Counted from the stretch's first letter, positions 11,462 through 21,924 are shown. The stretch is 64,000 bases of DNA from Gammaproteobacteria bacterium (GCA_965240365.1 OZ251218.1:3022378-3086377), one strand, 5' to 3'. Made by a program: numbers and translations. Notes: generated by a model from the letters alone, not told the origin.

Positions 11462-12505
11462 CTACAAGTCAAAATCGAGCCACAGCGGCGCGGCGGACAC
11501 CGGCCGCGCCTGGCAGGCCAGCACGAATCCGCGTTCGAGATTGCGCTTCGATAGCGCCCTGGCGCTGGCCATTTGTACCTCGCCCTCGCGCAGCAGCGAC
11601 ATACAGGCGCCGCAATGCCCCTCGGCGCATGAATATGGCGCGTCTATCCCGGCCGCCAGCGCAGCCTCAAGCAGGGTCTGGCCCGCGTTGACGGTTATCG
11701 CGTGATCTATGCCATCCAATGTCATGCGGCATTGCTTTACGGCGACGCCTTTATCATTAGTTTGCGCTTCCGGGTCGACGCCGAGTCTGTCATCGTCAGC
11801 GGGAGAAAGGAATTTTTCGGTTTGAATAGAGACCGCCTCGCCGCAATGCCCGGCGAGTGTTGCTTCGGCCATATCCATCAGAGGCGCGGGGCCGCAAATG
11901 TAAATATCGGCGTTTTCCCAGCCGTTTGATTCCGCAATGATGTCATGCTCAGATATAAAGCCCCTGTCGCTGTCCAGCCAGTGGTGACAGGTAAATCTGT
12001 CCGGGTGGCGGACAGCCAACTGTTGCAGGGCAGCCCGGTAGATAATGGCGTCTTCACGCCGGTTGGCGTAGAGCAGCTTTACCATTCGGCGTGTTTCAGA
12101 GAGCGCCTGCTTTAGCAGGGCAATGCACGGCGTGATGCCACTGCCGCCGGCGATCAAAAACAGGGGCGCCGGCGACTGCCGGATCGTGAAGCGTCCTGCG
12201 GGCGCCTGCGCCTCTATGCGCTCGCCAACGCGCAAGTGATCGTTGAACCAATTCGAGCCGCGCCCGTTTTGCACGCGCTTGACGCATATCGTCATATCCG
12301 GGTCGGCACAAGGCGCGCTGGACAGCGAATAACTGCGTTCGATAAGGCCGGCTTCGTGGGGAATGCGAAAGGTTAAAAACTGGCCCGGAAGATAGCGAAA
12401 ATATTTTGCCTCGCCCCGCTCCGGCGCCAGCACGAAACTGCGCGCGGCGTCCGTTTCATAATGTATCGCCTTAACCGTCAGGCGATAATAAACAGCTTGT
12501 GACAC
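11462..12505 (-). CDS. FNR-like oxidoreductase with C-terminal [2Fe-2S] ferredoxin domain
   Basis: FAD-binding RSYSLSS, NAD-binding LIAGGSGITP, C-terminal CAEGHCGACMS...LAC; probable GTG start 1 nt after the stop of the upstream MOSC gene (track ORF extends further in-frame). Confidence 0.7.
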   Translation of the reverse strand: MSQAVYYRLTVKAIHYETDAARSFVLAPERGEAKYFRYLPGQFLTFRIPHEAGLIERSYSLSSAPCADPDMTICVKRVQNGRGSNWFNDHLRVGERIEAQAPAGRFTIRQSPAPLFLIAGGSGITPCIALLKQALSETRRMVKLLYANRREDAIIYRAALQQLAVRHPDRFTCHHWLDSDRGFISEHDIIAESNGWENADIYICGPAPLMDMAEATLAGHCGEAVSIQTEKFLSPADDDRLGVDPEAQTNDKGVAVKQCRMTLDGIDHAITVNAGQTLLEAALAAGIDAPYSCAEGHCGACMSLLREGEVQMASARALSKRNLERGFVLACQARPVSAAPLWLDFDL

Positions 12506-12506
12506 A

Positions 12507-13289
12507 TTAAGACAAAAAAATCGGGTCACCTGTTTTGACGCGACCCTCCTGCAACACCGCGGCAAACACGCCGGCATCGCCACCGTGCTTGCGGCTGATG
12601 TGCCGCAATACTTTTGGCGATTCTTCCGCGGTGTCGGGGTCAAGCGTAATCATTTTGCAGCGCGGGTCCCGCTCGATAACTGCCACTTCCAGCCTTTCGC
12701 CAATCTTCAGCGTCTTCCCAATCAGTGAAAATTCATAATAGGGATCATCCTGGTTTTCCCATTCCACGTAAAAGTTGGCGCGAAAGCGGCGTTTGTCGAT
12801 GGGCATACCGATTTCTTCCGATAGCGCCTCGGCCGCCGAAGTGGAGAAAATCGACAGCGGCCGGCAATCATGCTGGCCTTTTTGCGTGACATGCACGCGC
12901 AGCTTTCTGCCGGCGGCAGCTTCCAGATCAGCCAGAAACGCGGGATCCTCTATATCGTTGCGGGTTCCATCCGGGGTTTCAACACTCACGCGAAACGCCT
13001 CGGCGTCCGGGTAAACGGGGTTGATGCCGGGGGCAAGTCCCTCGGCGGCGTCCAGGTCTGGCGGTAAAAGCACATCCTGACTCGATTCAAAACTCGCCTT
13101 ATAAAGCACAAACTCCTCCTGATCACGACCCGTATGCCAGGGGAAAGCCGGATCGCCGTCTTCCGCGATCACGCCATAGATACGATCACCCATCAACCCG
13201 CTGTAGGCGGCGTAAACATGGGGGATATGCTCGCCGCGCATACCTTTCACCGGGTAGCGCCAGATACTTTCGATGTTTCCAAGTTTCAT
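12507..13289 (-). CDS. MOSC domain protein (YcbX-like, lacking the ferredoxin domain)
   Basis: MOSC_N beta-barrel + MOSC domain, 260 aa; N-terminus MKLGNIESIWRYPVKGMRGE. Confidence 0.8.
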   Translation of the reverse strand: MKLGNIESIWRYPVKGMRGEHIPHVYAAYSGLMGDRIYGVIAEDGDPAFPWHTGRDQEEFVLYKASFESSQDVLLPPDLDAAEGLAPGINPVYPDAEAFRVSVETPDGTRNDIEDPAFLADLEAAAGRKLRVHVTQKGQHDCRPLSIFSTSAAEALSEEIGMPIDKRRFRANFYVEWENQDDPYYEFSLIGKTLKIGERLEVAVIERDPRCKMITLDPDTAEESPKVLRHISRKHGGDAGVFAAVLQEGRVKTGDPIFLS

Positions 13290-13961
13290 CTCCTGCCTCC
13301 TGTGGTTTGTATTGAGCCGCTATCTGTTTGATCGATAAGCAGGCCTGATTAAGAGACGTTCATAATACGCCTTTTGATTGGAAAGTATAGGCAGAATATT
13401 TGGCGCTTTATCGCTCTTAGACAGAGCGACACCGTCTTTCTGGCGCGGAATCTTCTCGAATCTATCAGGAAGAACAATGCCTGCCAATGCGACAGCTTTG
13501 TTAAATCATTTCTGATAGTGGTGCCGACAGAAAATTATTGTAAGCTGATGATTATCGACTGCATAAACAAGGATGCGAATCAGCCGTTGTTCCTGAAGGG
13601 TCACAAAAATCTGCTCCAGAATGCCCTTATTCGCCCACCAACGAAGACAGTATGTAAATAGTATACCAGTTGCCATATTCTTTCGGTAGATGCCGCCACT
13701 TACAGTCGTTTTCGGCCATATAAAAAAAAGGCATTTAATAACTGCTAGTTATTTATCTTGACGTTACCCCGTTGTGCCGGTAAAAGCCTCGATAGTTGTG
13801 CATATTGAGTATCTGTTAATTTCATATAAACAGGATAGCACATTATCTTTTTTAGCGTAAACAGGCGGTAGCTTCACTTCAAAATTCGATATCCCGAGCT
13901 TGTCTCCCAATTACAAATTTCCTTATATGCTGCCGTTTCTCGAAAAAACTCAAATTCATAT

Positions 13962-15536
13962 GCTAGGAGTCTGTCGGCTTTAACACCTCAATCACCAGCC
14001 GATGGGCCTCCATCAAATGCTGTCTCCAGAGAAACGGAGCCGTCAGCATCCCAAACCCAACTGAATCAAGGCATTTTCTCAAGAGAAATGGCTTCTTCCG
14101 CACATTCAGCCTCACAGGACGTGTAATCGCTTCAGATTCCAGGCCAGACACACCAGAGTCCATTCCCCGCTGGCCGCCTCCTGTCCGCGAAGATGAAATT
14201 GCCGGAATCCCAGGACCGACTTGATAATCCCAAACACCGTCTCCACTGTGGATTTGCGCTTGGCGTAGATCGCTTTACCTTCCGGGGTGCGTAATCGATG
14301 CGCCATCGCCATGACCGCGTCCGCGTCTTCCGGGCACGGTGGAGGCACGGCGAAGCGCTCATCCCAGGGCAGGTTATGCGACTCACGGCTCACAGCAATA
14401 TAGGGCGTGGCGCCAGCGGCTTCACAGTCCTTCACGTTGTCTTCACTAAAATAGCCCGCGTCCGCCAAGACCCCATCGACCGTGCCCAGACGGTCCGCCA
14501 TCGCCTCCAGGGCCTTAAGAGCCGGCTCGATTTCCTGTTTATCGTTCGGGTTCTGCGTCATGTGGTTTTCGACAATCAGATGGGTCTCGACATCCACCGC
14601 CGCCTGGGCATTGTACGCCTGCACAAACCCCTGCGAGGTAGGCATGATGCGCGATTCCTTGTCAGTGAAGTTCACCTGATCCTTAGCGCGCGGCCCCGGT
14701 TGTGGCGCTTTGGGGGGCTTGCCTGGGGTCTTGCGACCCGTTTTCGCTTCCTTGTCCTCACGCTTTTTTAGCTTCGCCTCATAGTCGGCCTGTTCCGCCT
14801 CAAAGCGCTCCTGCGCGCGACGCGCGATCTGTGCTTTGGCCTTCTGGATCGCCGCCAACCGCGCTTCCCGACGCGCCAACTCCTCCGGTATCTCCATACC
14901 GGCATCGTCCTCCGTATCGTCCGCCTGTTGTGCGCGCTTCATCAGTTCCTCGACCTCGCCCTTCAACTGCGCTTCCAGCTTGTTCGCATGCGCCCAACTC
15001 ACCGCCTTGTGCTTGCTCGCGTTGGCTTTGACCTTGGTGCCGTCCAGACTCACGTTGCCCAGCTTGAACAGACCGGCTGTCTTGGCCAGCACCAAAAGCT
15101 GCACGAACAGCCCTTGTAACTCACCCAGAAAGCGTTTGCGAAACGTGGCAATGGTGTCGTGGTCGGGATGGCTGTCCCCAGTGATAAACCGAAACGCCAA
15201 CGAATCGTACGTGGCCTGCTCCAGCTTACGGCTGGAAAACACCCCGGTGGCATAGCCATAAAACAGCAGCGCCAGCAGTACAGCCGGGTGGTAGGGGGGC
15301 TTGCCCACACCGCGGTAAGCACTCTCCAGAACCCTCAGGTCCAGTTGGTCCACCATCTCGACTACAAAACGGGCCAGATGCTTCTGCGGCAACCAGTCCT
15401 GTAAGGAGGGCGGTAACAGATAGGCCGTGTCACGATTGATCGTTCGAAATTTGCCTGACATTGGCTGCTTGATTCTCTATAGTGGAAAACATGACAGTTT
15501 ACCTGATAGAACGCCTAAATCCGACAGACTCCTAGT
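13962..15536 (-). mobile_element. IS5/IS1182-family insertion sequence
   Basis: 15-bp terminal inverted repeats CTAGGAGTCTGTCGG (13962) / CCGACAGACTCCTAG (15522) enclosing one 449-aa transposase. Confidence 0.65.
14112..15461 (-). CDS. IS1182-type (IS5 family) transposase
   Basis: 449 aa; InsH-like N-terminus (LLPPSLQDWLPQKHLARFVVEMVDQLDL), coiled-coil middle, DDE C-terminus. Confidence 0.85.
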   Translation of the reverse strand: MSGKFRTINRDTAYLLPPSLQDWLPQKHLARFVVEMVDQLDLRVLESAYRGVGKPPYHPAVLLALLFYGYATGVFSSRKLEQATYDSLAFRFITGDSHPDHDTIATFRKRFLGELQGLFVQLLVLAKTAGLFKLGNVSLDGTKVKANASKHKAVSWAHANKLEAQLKGEVEELMKRAQQADDTEDDAGMEIPEELARREARLAAIQKAKAQIARRAQERFEAEQADYEAKLKKREDKEAKTGRKTPGKPPKAPQPGPRAKDQVNFTDKESRIMPTSQGFVQAYNAQAAVDVETHLIVENHMTQNPNDKQEIEPALKALEAMADRLGTVDGVLADAGYFSEDNVKDCEAAGATPYIAVSRESHNLPWDERFAVPPPCPEDADAVMAMAHRLRTPEGKAIYAKRKSTVETVFGIIKSVLGFRQFHLRGQEAASGEWTLVCLAWNLKRLHVL

Positions 15537-15544
15537 GCAGTGTA

Positions 15545-16642
15545 TTAAACTGATTGTTGATTTGCAAGTGTCGTCCTTGCCCGATTCACTTTTTCTAAAA
15601 TGACCTCAGCGGATTTTGTCCAAACAAACGGCTTTGACGACCGATTATGCCGGGCAATAAAATCATGGATGGCGGCTTCCAAATCTTTTACCGACGTAAA
15701 CACACCGCGCTTTAATTGTTTTTCTGTCAACAGACCAAAAAATCGTTCAACTAAATTCAGCCACGAGGAACTGGTGGGAATAAAGTGCAGATGAATTCGC
15801 TTGTTCTTCTTCAGCCACTTTTTTACATTTTCATGCTTATGTGTCGCGTAATTGTCGACGATCAAATGCAACTCCTGATCCGCCAGTGTCTGCTTATTGA
15901 CCTCTTTTATAAAAGATAGAAACTCTTCGTTCCTGTGCTTCTTATGGCATTGCCCAATGACTTCCCCTGTTAAGGTGTTCAGCGCGGCAAACAGGGTGCT
16001 TGTGCCATGGCGCTTGTAATCGTGTGTCATTGTTCCACACCGACCCCGCTTCATCGGCAGACCAGGCTGTGTCCTATCCAGTGCTTGAATAGCGCTCTTT
16101 TCGTCCACACAAAACACGACAGCATTTTCTGGCGGTGACAGATAAAGACCAACAACATCACGCAGCTTTTCTTCAAAGCGCGGGTCATTGCTGACTTTAT
16201 AATTCACCGTCAAATGAGGCTTTAAACCCACTTCACGCCACACTCGGTTCACAAAAGAATGGTTGACACTCAGCTTGCGAGCTAAACGTCGTGTCGACCA
16301 GTGGGTAGCCCCTTCTGGTTTTTCCTGTGTCGTGATTCGGATGATCTTAGAGCGAAGCTCGGCTTGTTCGTTACTATTTTTACCACCGTGGTTTGCACCA
16401 CGAGGCAAATCCTTTTCAATGCCTGGAAAACCCTTCTCCACAAAACGGTTTCGCCAACGGCCCACTTTATTGACATCAATGCCCAGCTCTTCTGCAATTT
16501 TGTAGTTGGGCTTTCCTTGCGACGCCAACAAAACGATCTTCGAACGCTCAACCAAACGGGTTGGCGTTGTTCTACTGCGAATGTTTTTTGTTAGGCGTTT
16601 TTGATCTTCTTCTGATAGAATAACTTTTACTTGAGCAGGCAT
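15545..16642 (-). CDS. IS630-family transposase (second, unrelated copy)
   Basis: 365 aa; HTH + DDE (VFCVDEKSAIQALDR...IVDNYATHKHE...SSSWLNLVERFF). Confidence 0.85.
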   Translation of the reverse strand: MPAQVKVILSEEDQKRLTKNIRSRTTPTRLVERSKIVLLASQGKPNYKIAEELGIDVNKVGRWRNRFVEKGFPGIEKDLPRGANHGGKNSNEQAELRSKIIRITTQEKPEGATHWSTRRLARKLSVNHSFVNRVWREVGLKPHLTVNYKVSNDPRFEEKLRDVVGLYLSPPENAVVFCVDEKSAIQALDRTQPGLPMKRGRCGTMTHDYKRHGTSTLFAALNTLTGEVIGQCHKKHRNEEFLSFIKEVNKQTLADQELHLIVDNYATHKHENVKKWLKKNKRIHLHFIPTSSSWLNLVERFFGLLTEKQLKRGVFTSVKDLEAAIHDFIARHNRSSKPFVWTKSAEVILEKVNRARTTLANQQSV

Positions 16643-16674
16643 CGGGCTTCATCATCCTGGTGTGTGAAGCCTCA

Positions 16675-17484
16675 TTATATATCATCAATCAATTTAATAC
16701 AATATACTAGACGCAGGACTCGCTCAAGAGTCTCTGCCCCTTTTGGATTGTTGAACTTATTGGTATTACCTAACTCTCGTTGCAACGCTCGGCCAAGGAT
16801 CCTTACGCAATCGTGGCCACAGCAAAGCGATTTTTTCTCTTCGATCCGATCAAGTTCTATTTTGATCAATTTTAAAATATTAACCTCTGTTTCTTTTGGT
16901 CGCTTCTGAGACCGACTAACAACATGCTGAACGGTTCTAAGCTTGTCCAATTTAAACGAGCTTTGATGATTGAAACGATAAGTCATCCCGCTAAACTTTA
17001 AGTACCAAGAATCTCTTTTCGAGAGATAGCGGAATGCTCCACAGAAAGATGCTGCTTCAAAGATCAGATCACAGACATCTTTGCCCGAAGCCTCTACTGC
17101 ATTCACGCGATCTTTAACTCCAAATTCGCGCAAGACGTTCTCAAGTGCGGGGGAGCATAATATCATTATTTCGATGTCGTTCTCATCTGAGTAAACTACC
17201 GAGCCCTTGTGTGCAGGATATCCAATCAAGTCAGAAAAATCCTTGTCAGCAAGACCCAATGCTCCACGAAATCCCGAATTCTCCAGAATGGTAATTGCTT
17301 CAATAAGGTTCTTACGCCCAATACAGACGATGATTGAGCATCGATCGGCATCGCAGAATTTACGAAATAGATTCGCGTCACTACTGCCTTCTACGAGCAA
17401 GAAGCTACCATCATGCAACGCTCCTTCAAGACGAATTTGGTTAGCCAATGTTGCTCCACTTATCTCAGCGCGGATACTGCTCAT
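16675..17484 (-). CDS. AriB-like DUF4435/TOPRIM nuclease (PARIS-like effector)
   Basis: 269 aa; TOPRIM catalytic layout: conserved Glu (LLVEGSSD) then DxD (GLADKDFSD); 7-nt gap after ATPase gene; low GC (~42%). Confidence 0.6.
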   Translation of the reverse strand: MSSIRAEISGATLANQIRLEGALHDGSFLLVEGSSDANLFRKFCDADRCSIIVCIGRKNLIEAITILENSGFRGALGLADKDFSDLIGYPAHKGSVVYSDENDIEIMILCSPALENVLREFGVKDRVNAVEASGKDVCDLIFEAASFCGAFRYLSKRDSWYLKFSGMTYRFNHQSSFKLDKLRTVQHVVSRSQKRPKETEVNILKLIKIELDRIEEKKSLCCGHDCVRILGRALQRELGNTNKFNNPKGAETLERVLRLVYCIKLIDDI

Positions 17485-17491
17485 GACTTGA

Positions 17492-18865
17492 CTATACCAC
17501 CAGCTCTTGGACCAAATCCCATCTGTCGTGGATAATTTGAGGAGAATGGGTCGCGATAATCACCTTCATTTTCTTAATCTCTTGAATCTTTTGCAGATCA
17601 GAGATGAAATTTTTTTGCCACGCAACATGCAATGACAGCTCTGGCTCATCTACGAGAATCAAAGAATACTCTTCTACTTTGAAGAGTAAGTCGTAGATGA
17701 GCACAAGTTCATGTTGCTCGCCCGATGAAAGATCCGAGAGCGGAATTCCAGCGCCCGTGTTACTGTCTTCAGCTCTGATACCTCTTTTGGGATCAATCGC
17801 AATCTTCTTGAAAGAAAAATGCTCATCCAGAATTTGCTTGAAGAGCCTGATCTTGGCATAGGCTTCATCGAAGATGCCGAGCTTCTTTTCGGTATCTTCG
17901 ACATATATTGCAAGAATTCTTCGGATGCTCTCTTCTTGAAAGATGTCTGAAGGTTGAATTGATTCGCTAATCGTTTGTCCTAGAAGTCCGACAGACACAA
18001 GATCATCTCGTTTTTGGGTCAATTCTTGAAGACTCTCACGAATTTCTGATTCGTCACTGACAGGTTCAGCACGAAATTCAATTATCCTTTTGGGAAAAGT
18101 CTGGTCGAGTTTTTGCGATTCGTTTGCATACTCCTGAAGCAGTCTGCCAATCCTCTCAGCAAGATCAGTTGCGTCTTTTTCCACAACAGGCGGTGGAGTA
18201 AAACGTGCATACCTTCTAGGGCGTCGGTTATCCTCCTGCTCCTCAAGATAAAGCAAACGTTACGTCTCAATCAGATGAGTATCGACAGACGCAATCGCGT
18301 CTTGAAGCCACTCCGGAAGTTTCAATGAATCAAGAAGTTTTTGAGGTAGTCGGTCAGCATATAGCTCGATGATCTGATCTGTTGCAAAGGTTCTACCTTG
18401 ATGGAAGTCATGCCAAAGATCAGGTCCGATCTGTTCTACCGGAAAGCGATGTTCAAAGTATCTCAAATCCGGCAACGAAAAATCTGCAGCAAGCAAATAT
18501 AGCTCTTTGTCAGCGCCAAAACCAGTTGCCTTAATCGACACAGCCCTTTTTTCTCTAATCTCCTCACTATCAATGAGACCACCTTCATCCTTAAGAATTG
18601 ATATTTGCTTTCCAGAAGATAGCTGAAACACGATTTTTTCAAAACTGATCTTCTGGAAGAAACCAAGTTTCCGATTAAAAAACGAGTCTATAATTCTGAG
18701 CAGAACCGTTTTGCCATAACCGTTTGGGGCAGTGATTATTGACACATATTCCTCTTCACCAAATCTCAATTTGTAGTTAAAACGCCGAAATAGGTTTCGA
18801 ACAGTAAGTGACAAGAGTTGCTCTGGTTTCTGGCCATTGATCATTTTGTTGCTCATTTCTCGCAC
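17492..18865 (-). pseudogene. AriA-like ABC/AAA_15-21 ATPase interrupted by in-frame TAA
   Basis: Walker A ITAPNGYGKT (N-half 18263..18865), ABC signature LSDLSSGEQ, Walker B LILVDEPELSLH, H-loop IIATHSP (C-half 17492..18256); both halves in one frame separated only by TAA at 18260..18262. Confidence 0.65.
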
Positions 18866-19098
18866 CGATTAGAGTTCTGATATAAAAGTTTGTCCACTGA
18901 ATGTCGGGAAATCAGCCTCACAGGCCCTAATGAAGGGCCGAAAAGGCTCAAATCGTGATTCTATATATCCAGTGGGTCCAATTCAAGGCTGAGTCTTCTC
19001 CAATGACAGATGAGTCTGAAGGGCTTCGGTGTCAGGGATCATGGGAGCACATCGTGATACTATAAACCCAAGCCCCTCAGACTCTTAAGCAAATCCAA

Positions 19099-19290
19099 GC
19101 CTGCGCGATCCGACGGCGTCTTCAGTTCGAACTCGCCGCTGGTGCTCTTTACCATCTTTTTGGGCTTGCCGCTAAGACGGTTGTCGACAACATTCACCGG
19201 TCATGTGCGAATCGAGTGCGCATTCCAGTATGGCTTCCGTCAACTATTTCACCAACGGCACCAGAACACCGTCCTTACCGGTGATCCCCT
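19099..19290 (-). pseudogene. IS256-family transposase N-terminal remnant
   Basis: Translation ...LVPLVK*LTEAILECALDSHMTGE... and ...KSTSGEFELKTPSDRAG matches the IS256 Tnp N-terminus (compare intact fragment at 21925). Confidence 0.35.
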
Positions 19291-19429
19291 ACCCTGATTG
19301 AATTTGTATCGAAATTCTCGCGATTTGTCAATCCTCCTTTCTTTAAGGATAAAAAAAATGGTCGCTTGCGGCCAAGTTTTTTATCAGAAACGGCATTAGT
19401 TCCCGATCGAGGCTTCCCCATCAAACGAT

Positions 19430-19639
19430 TCAGTTCCTGGCCTCCACCTCCGTGGCGTGCATGCCTTTTGGCCCTTGTTTGGCGTGGTAGGAAACGGGTT
19501 GGCCTTCGTTGAGGGTTTTAAAACCCTCGGATTTTATGGAGGAGTAATGCACGAAAATATCGGCGCCGCCCCCTTCCGGTTCGATAAATCCATAACCCTT
19601 GGCTTCGTTGAACCATTTTACAATACCATTACTCATCAC
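19430..19639 (-). CDS. cspA: Cold-shock protein (CspA family)
   Basis: [15 protein letters not shown]...DIFVHYSSI; 68-69 aa. Confidence 0.85.
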   Translation of the reverse strand: MMSNGIVKWFNEAKGYGFIEPEGGGADIFVHYSSIKSEGFKTLNEGQPVSYHAKQGPKGMHATEVEARN

Positions 19640-19669
19640 AAATATTCTCCTGATTTAATATCCATGCCA

Positions 19670-20149
19670 CTAAGGAATGGACAGTGTGCGGATGATGCGC
19701 CAGTCATCCTGTTGAATATGCACATACCATTTACCCGGCCCGAGCGCGGGCAGATTGCCCTGATAGATGTTTTTTCGGGTGTTGCGCAGTTTTACCTGCC
19801 GGTCCAGGCCCGCGCGGGTGGCATGCAGAAACGAAACGTCAATCTGCACGGGATGACTAAAATTGGCATTGGCGGACAGCCGGATTTTTACTTCTTCCAG
19901 CTTTGCATCGATCTCTATGTCCGCCGCCAGTTGATAGGCCTCGGCCTGCCTGTCTCTTTCCAGGGTGCGGTTGATCTTGAGGCCCTGCTTGTAATAGTCG
20001 CCCACCACCAGTCCGTCATAGGAACTGATCGCCAGGTAAAGCATGTGGACGCCGCCGATAATGGCGACCGCCGGGAAAAAAATCACCAGCCAGACATAAC
20101 GTTCCCGATACCAGGGCCTGGCGGGCCGGGACGGGTTTAAGGGCTTCAT
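19670..20149 (-). CDS. fixH: FixH/CcoH-family cbb3 oxidase maturation protein
   Basis: 159 aa, N-terminal TM, SSYDGLVVGDYYKQGLKINRTL motif; overlaps ccoG stop. Confidence 0.7.
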   Translation of the reverse strand: MKPLNPSRPARPWYRERYVWLVIFFPAVAIIGGVHMLYLAISSYDGLVVGDYYKQGLKINRTLERDRQAEAYQLAADIEIDAKLEEVKIRLSANANFSHPVQIDVSFLHATRAGLDRQVKLRNTRKNIYQGNLPALGPGKWYVHIQQDDWRIIRTLSIP

Positions 20150-21603
20150 GGCAGCGGCCCCAGAAAGCTGGCCTTTTCCTTGACGGATAATTCCGGGTCG
20201 CTGACGGCCGTCAGGCTAAAGTAGAAGACCGTGCTGCGGCCTTTCAGATTATCCTCGCTGGCCCGTATGCGCACCGGCAGGTCGGCCACCGTGCCGGATT
20301 CAACCAGGATGCTCTCCTTGTCCAGCAGCAGCCTTAAGCCCTCGATGCCCTCCGCGCGCAGGGTAAAGCGATGATCCAGATCGTCCTTGTTGATCAGTTT
20401 CAGGGTGTAGATATTCTCTATCAATCCGGCGGTTTCGCGGTAAAGCTGGTTTCTGTCCCGGATCACATCCAGTTCAATTATCTGCCGCTGGCTGAGGCTG
20501 AATAAAAACAGGCCGCTCAGGACGATCAGCAAGATCATGTAAACCACCAGACGGGGGCGGATGATCCGGGCCGGCCGGCCGATCATCGCGTTTTCCGTGG
20601 TGTAGCGGATCAAGCCCTTCGGATAACCCATCTTGTCCATGACGTGATCACAGACATCAATGCAGGCGGAACAGCCGATACATTCGTATTGCAGCCCATC
20701 GCGGATGTCGATGCCGGTCGGGCAGACCTGCACGCACATCGTGCAGTTAATGCAATCACCCAGGCCCTCGGCCTTATAGTCCGTGCCGGGCCGCCGCGAG
20801 CCGCGCGGATCGCCGCGCCCCTTGTCATAGGAGATGATCAGGGTGTCGGGGTCGAACATCGCGCTCTGAAAGCGCGCGTAGGGGCACATATATTTGCAGA
20901 CCTGCTCGCGCATCCAGCCCGCGTTGAGATAGGTGGCCAGGGTGAAAAAGCCGATCCAGAAGGCTTCCCACGGATGCAGATTGAAGCCGGCAAAATCACG
21001 CAGCAGGCGTTCGGCCGGCGAGAAATAGGCCACAAAGGTGAAGGCCGTAAGCAGCGAGATCAGCAGCCAGCAGCCGTGCTTGCCGAGCTTGATGAACAGT
21101 TTGTTGGGGCTGAGGGCGGCCTTGTCCAGCTTCATTTGTTTGGCGCGCGAGCCTGCAAACTTGCGCTCTATCCAGAAAAACACCTCGGTCCAGACCGTCT
21201 GCGGGCAGGCATAGCCGCACCACAAGCGGCCGGCCAGGGCCGTGAAGAAAAACAGGGCAAAGGCGGCCAGGATCAATAAAAAGGCGAGCAGCAGAAAATC
21301 CTGCGGCCAGAAGGTCAGCCAGAAGATATAAAACTTGCGCGCGGGCAGATCAAATAAAACCACTTGCCGCCCGCCCATTTGCAGCCAGGGCAGGATAAAA
21401 AACAGGCCGAGCAGGGCAAACACGGCCGTGGTCCTGAGCACGGCGAAGACGCCATGCACTTCACGCGGATAGATTTTCTGCCGCTTTTCATAGAGCGAAC
21501 TTTCAATGTTTGCGGCCGGCGCGGGCCTGGCCGGCGCCGCCCTGGCGCGCCCGGTCAGCCGGTAATCCGCGCATTGCGGGGCGCCTTTGATCGCTGGAGG
21601 CAT
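20146..21603 (-). CDS. ccoG: Cytochrome c oxidase accessory protein CcoG/FixG (4Fe-4S ferredoxin)
   Basis: 485 aa, 5 TM, two CxxCxxCxxxCP motifs (CINCTMCVQVCPTG...CIGCSACIDVCD). Confidence 0.85.
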   Translation of the reverse strand: MPPAIKGAPQCADYRLTGRARAAPARPAPAANIESSLYEKRQKIYPREVHGVFAVLRTTAVFALLGLFFILPWLQMGGRQVVLFDLPARKFYIFWLTFWPQDFLLLAFLLILAAFALFFFTALAGRLWCGYACPQTVWTEVFFWIERKFAGSRAKQMKLDKAALSPNKLFIKLGKHGCWLLISLLTAFTFVAYFSPAERLLRDFAGFNLHPWEAFWIGFFTLATYLNAGWMREQVCKYMCPYARFQSAMFDPDTLIISYDKGRGDPRGSRRPGTDYKAEGLGDCINCTMCVQVCPTGIDIRDGLQYECIGCSACIDVCDHVMDKMGYPKGLIRYTTENAMIGRPARIIRPRLVVYMILLIVLSGLFLFSLSQRQIIELDVIRDRNQLYRETAGLIENIYTLKLINKDDLDHRFTLRAEGIEGLRLLLDKESILVESGTVADLPVRIRASEDNLKGRSTVFYFSLTAVSDPELSVKEKASFLGPLP

Positions 21604-21609
21604 GGAATA

Positions 21610-21921
21610 ATGACGCTATTGAGTGTCGAACCGTCCGAAGGGTTGATCAGCCCAAGGGTCTCGTTCGCGGCCGGGGGCACCCATGCCCCGCCGATCATGC
21701 ATGTGCCGGGATCGATCCCAGCGGTGTATTCTCCGCGCTTGACACAAAACATTGCGCTCGCCATGGTCTCGTGCGATTGTGCAGAGATCGGCACATCCCT
21801 TGAGGTGGTAATGCCCACGGGTTCAGTGCAGGCGACAGTCGTCGAGAAACCGTTCTATGATCCAAAAAGGTACTGTTCAGAATTCTGTGTCATTTCTTTA
21901 GACTACTGTATCAGGAGGTGA
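21610..21921 (+). pseudogene. C-terminal remnant of an aminomethyltransferase (GcvT-family) gene
   Basis: ...IALAMV...GTSLEVVMPTGSVQATVVEKPFYDPKR matches GcvT C-terminal barrel; N-terminal ~260 codons absent (ccoG occupies the position on the other strand). Confidence 0.45.
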
Positions 21922-21924
21922 TAT

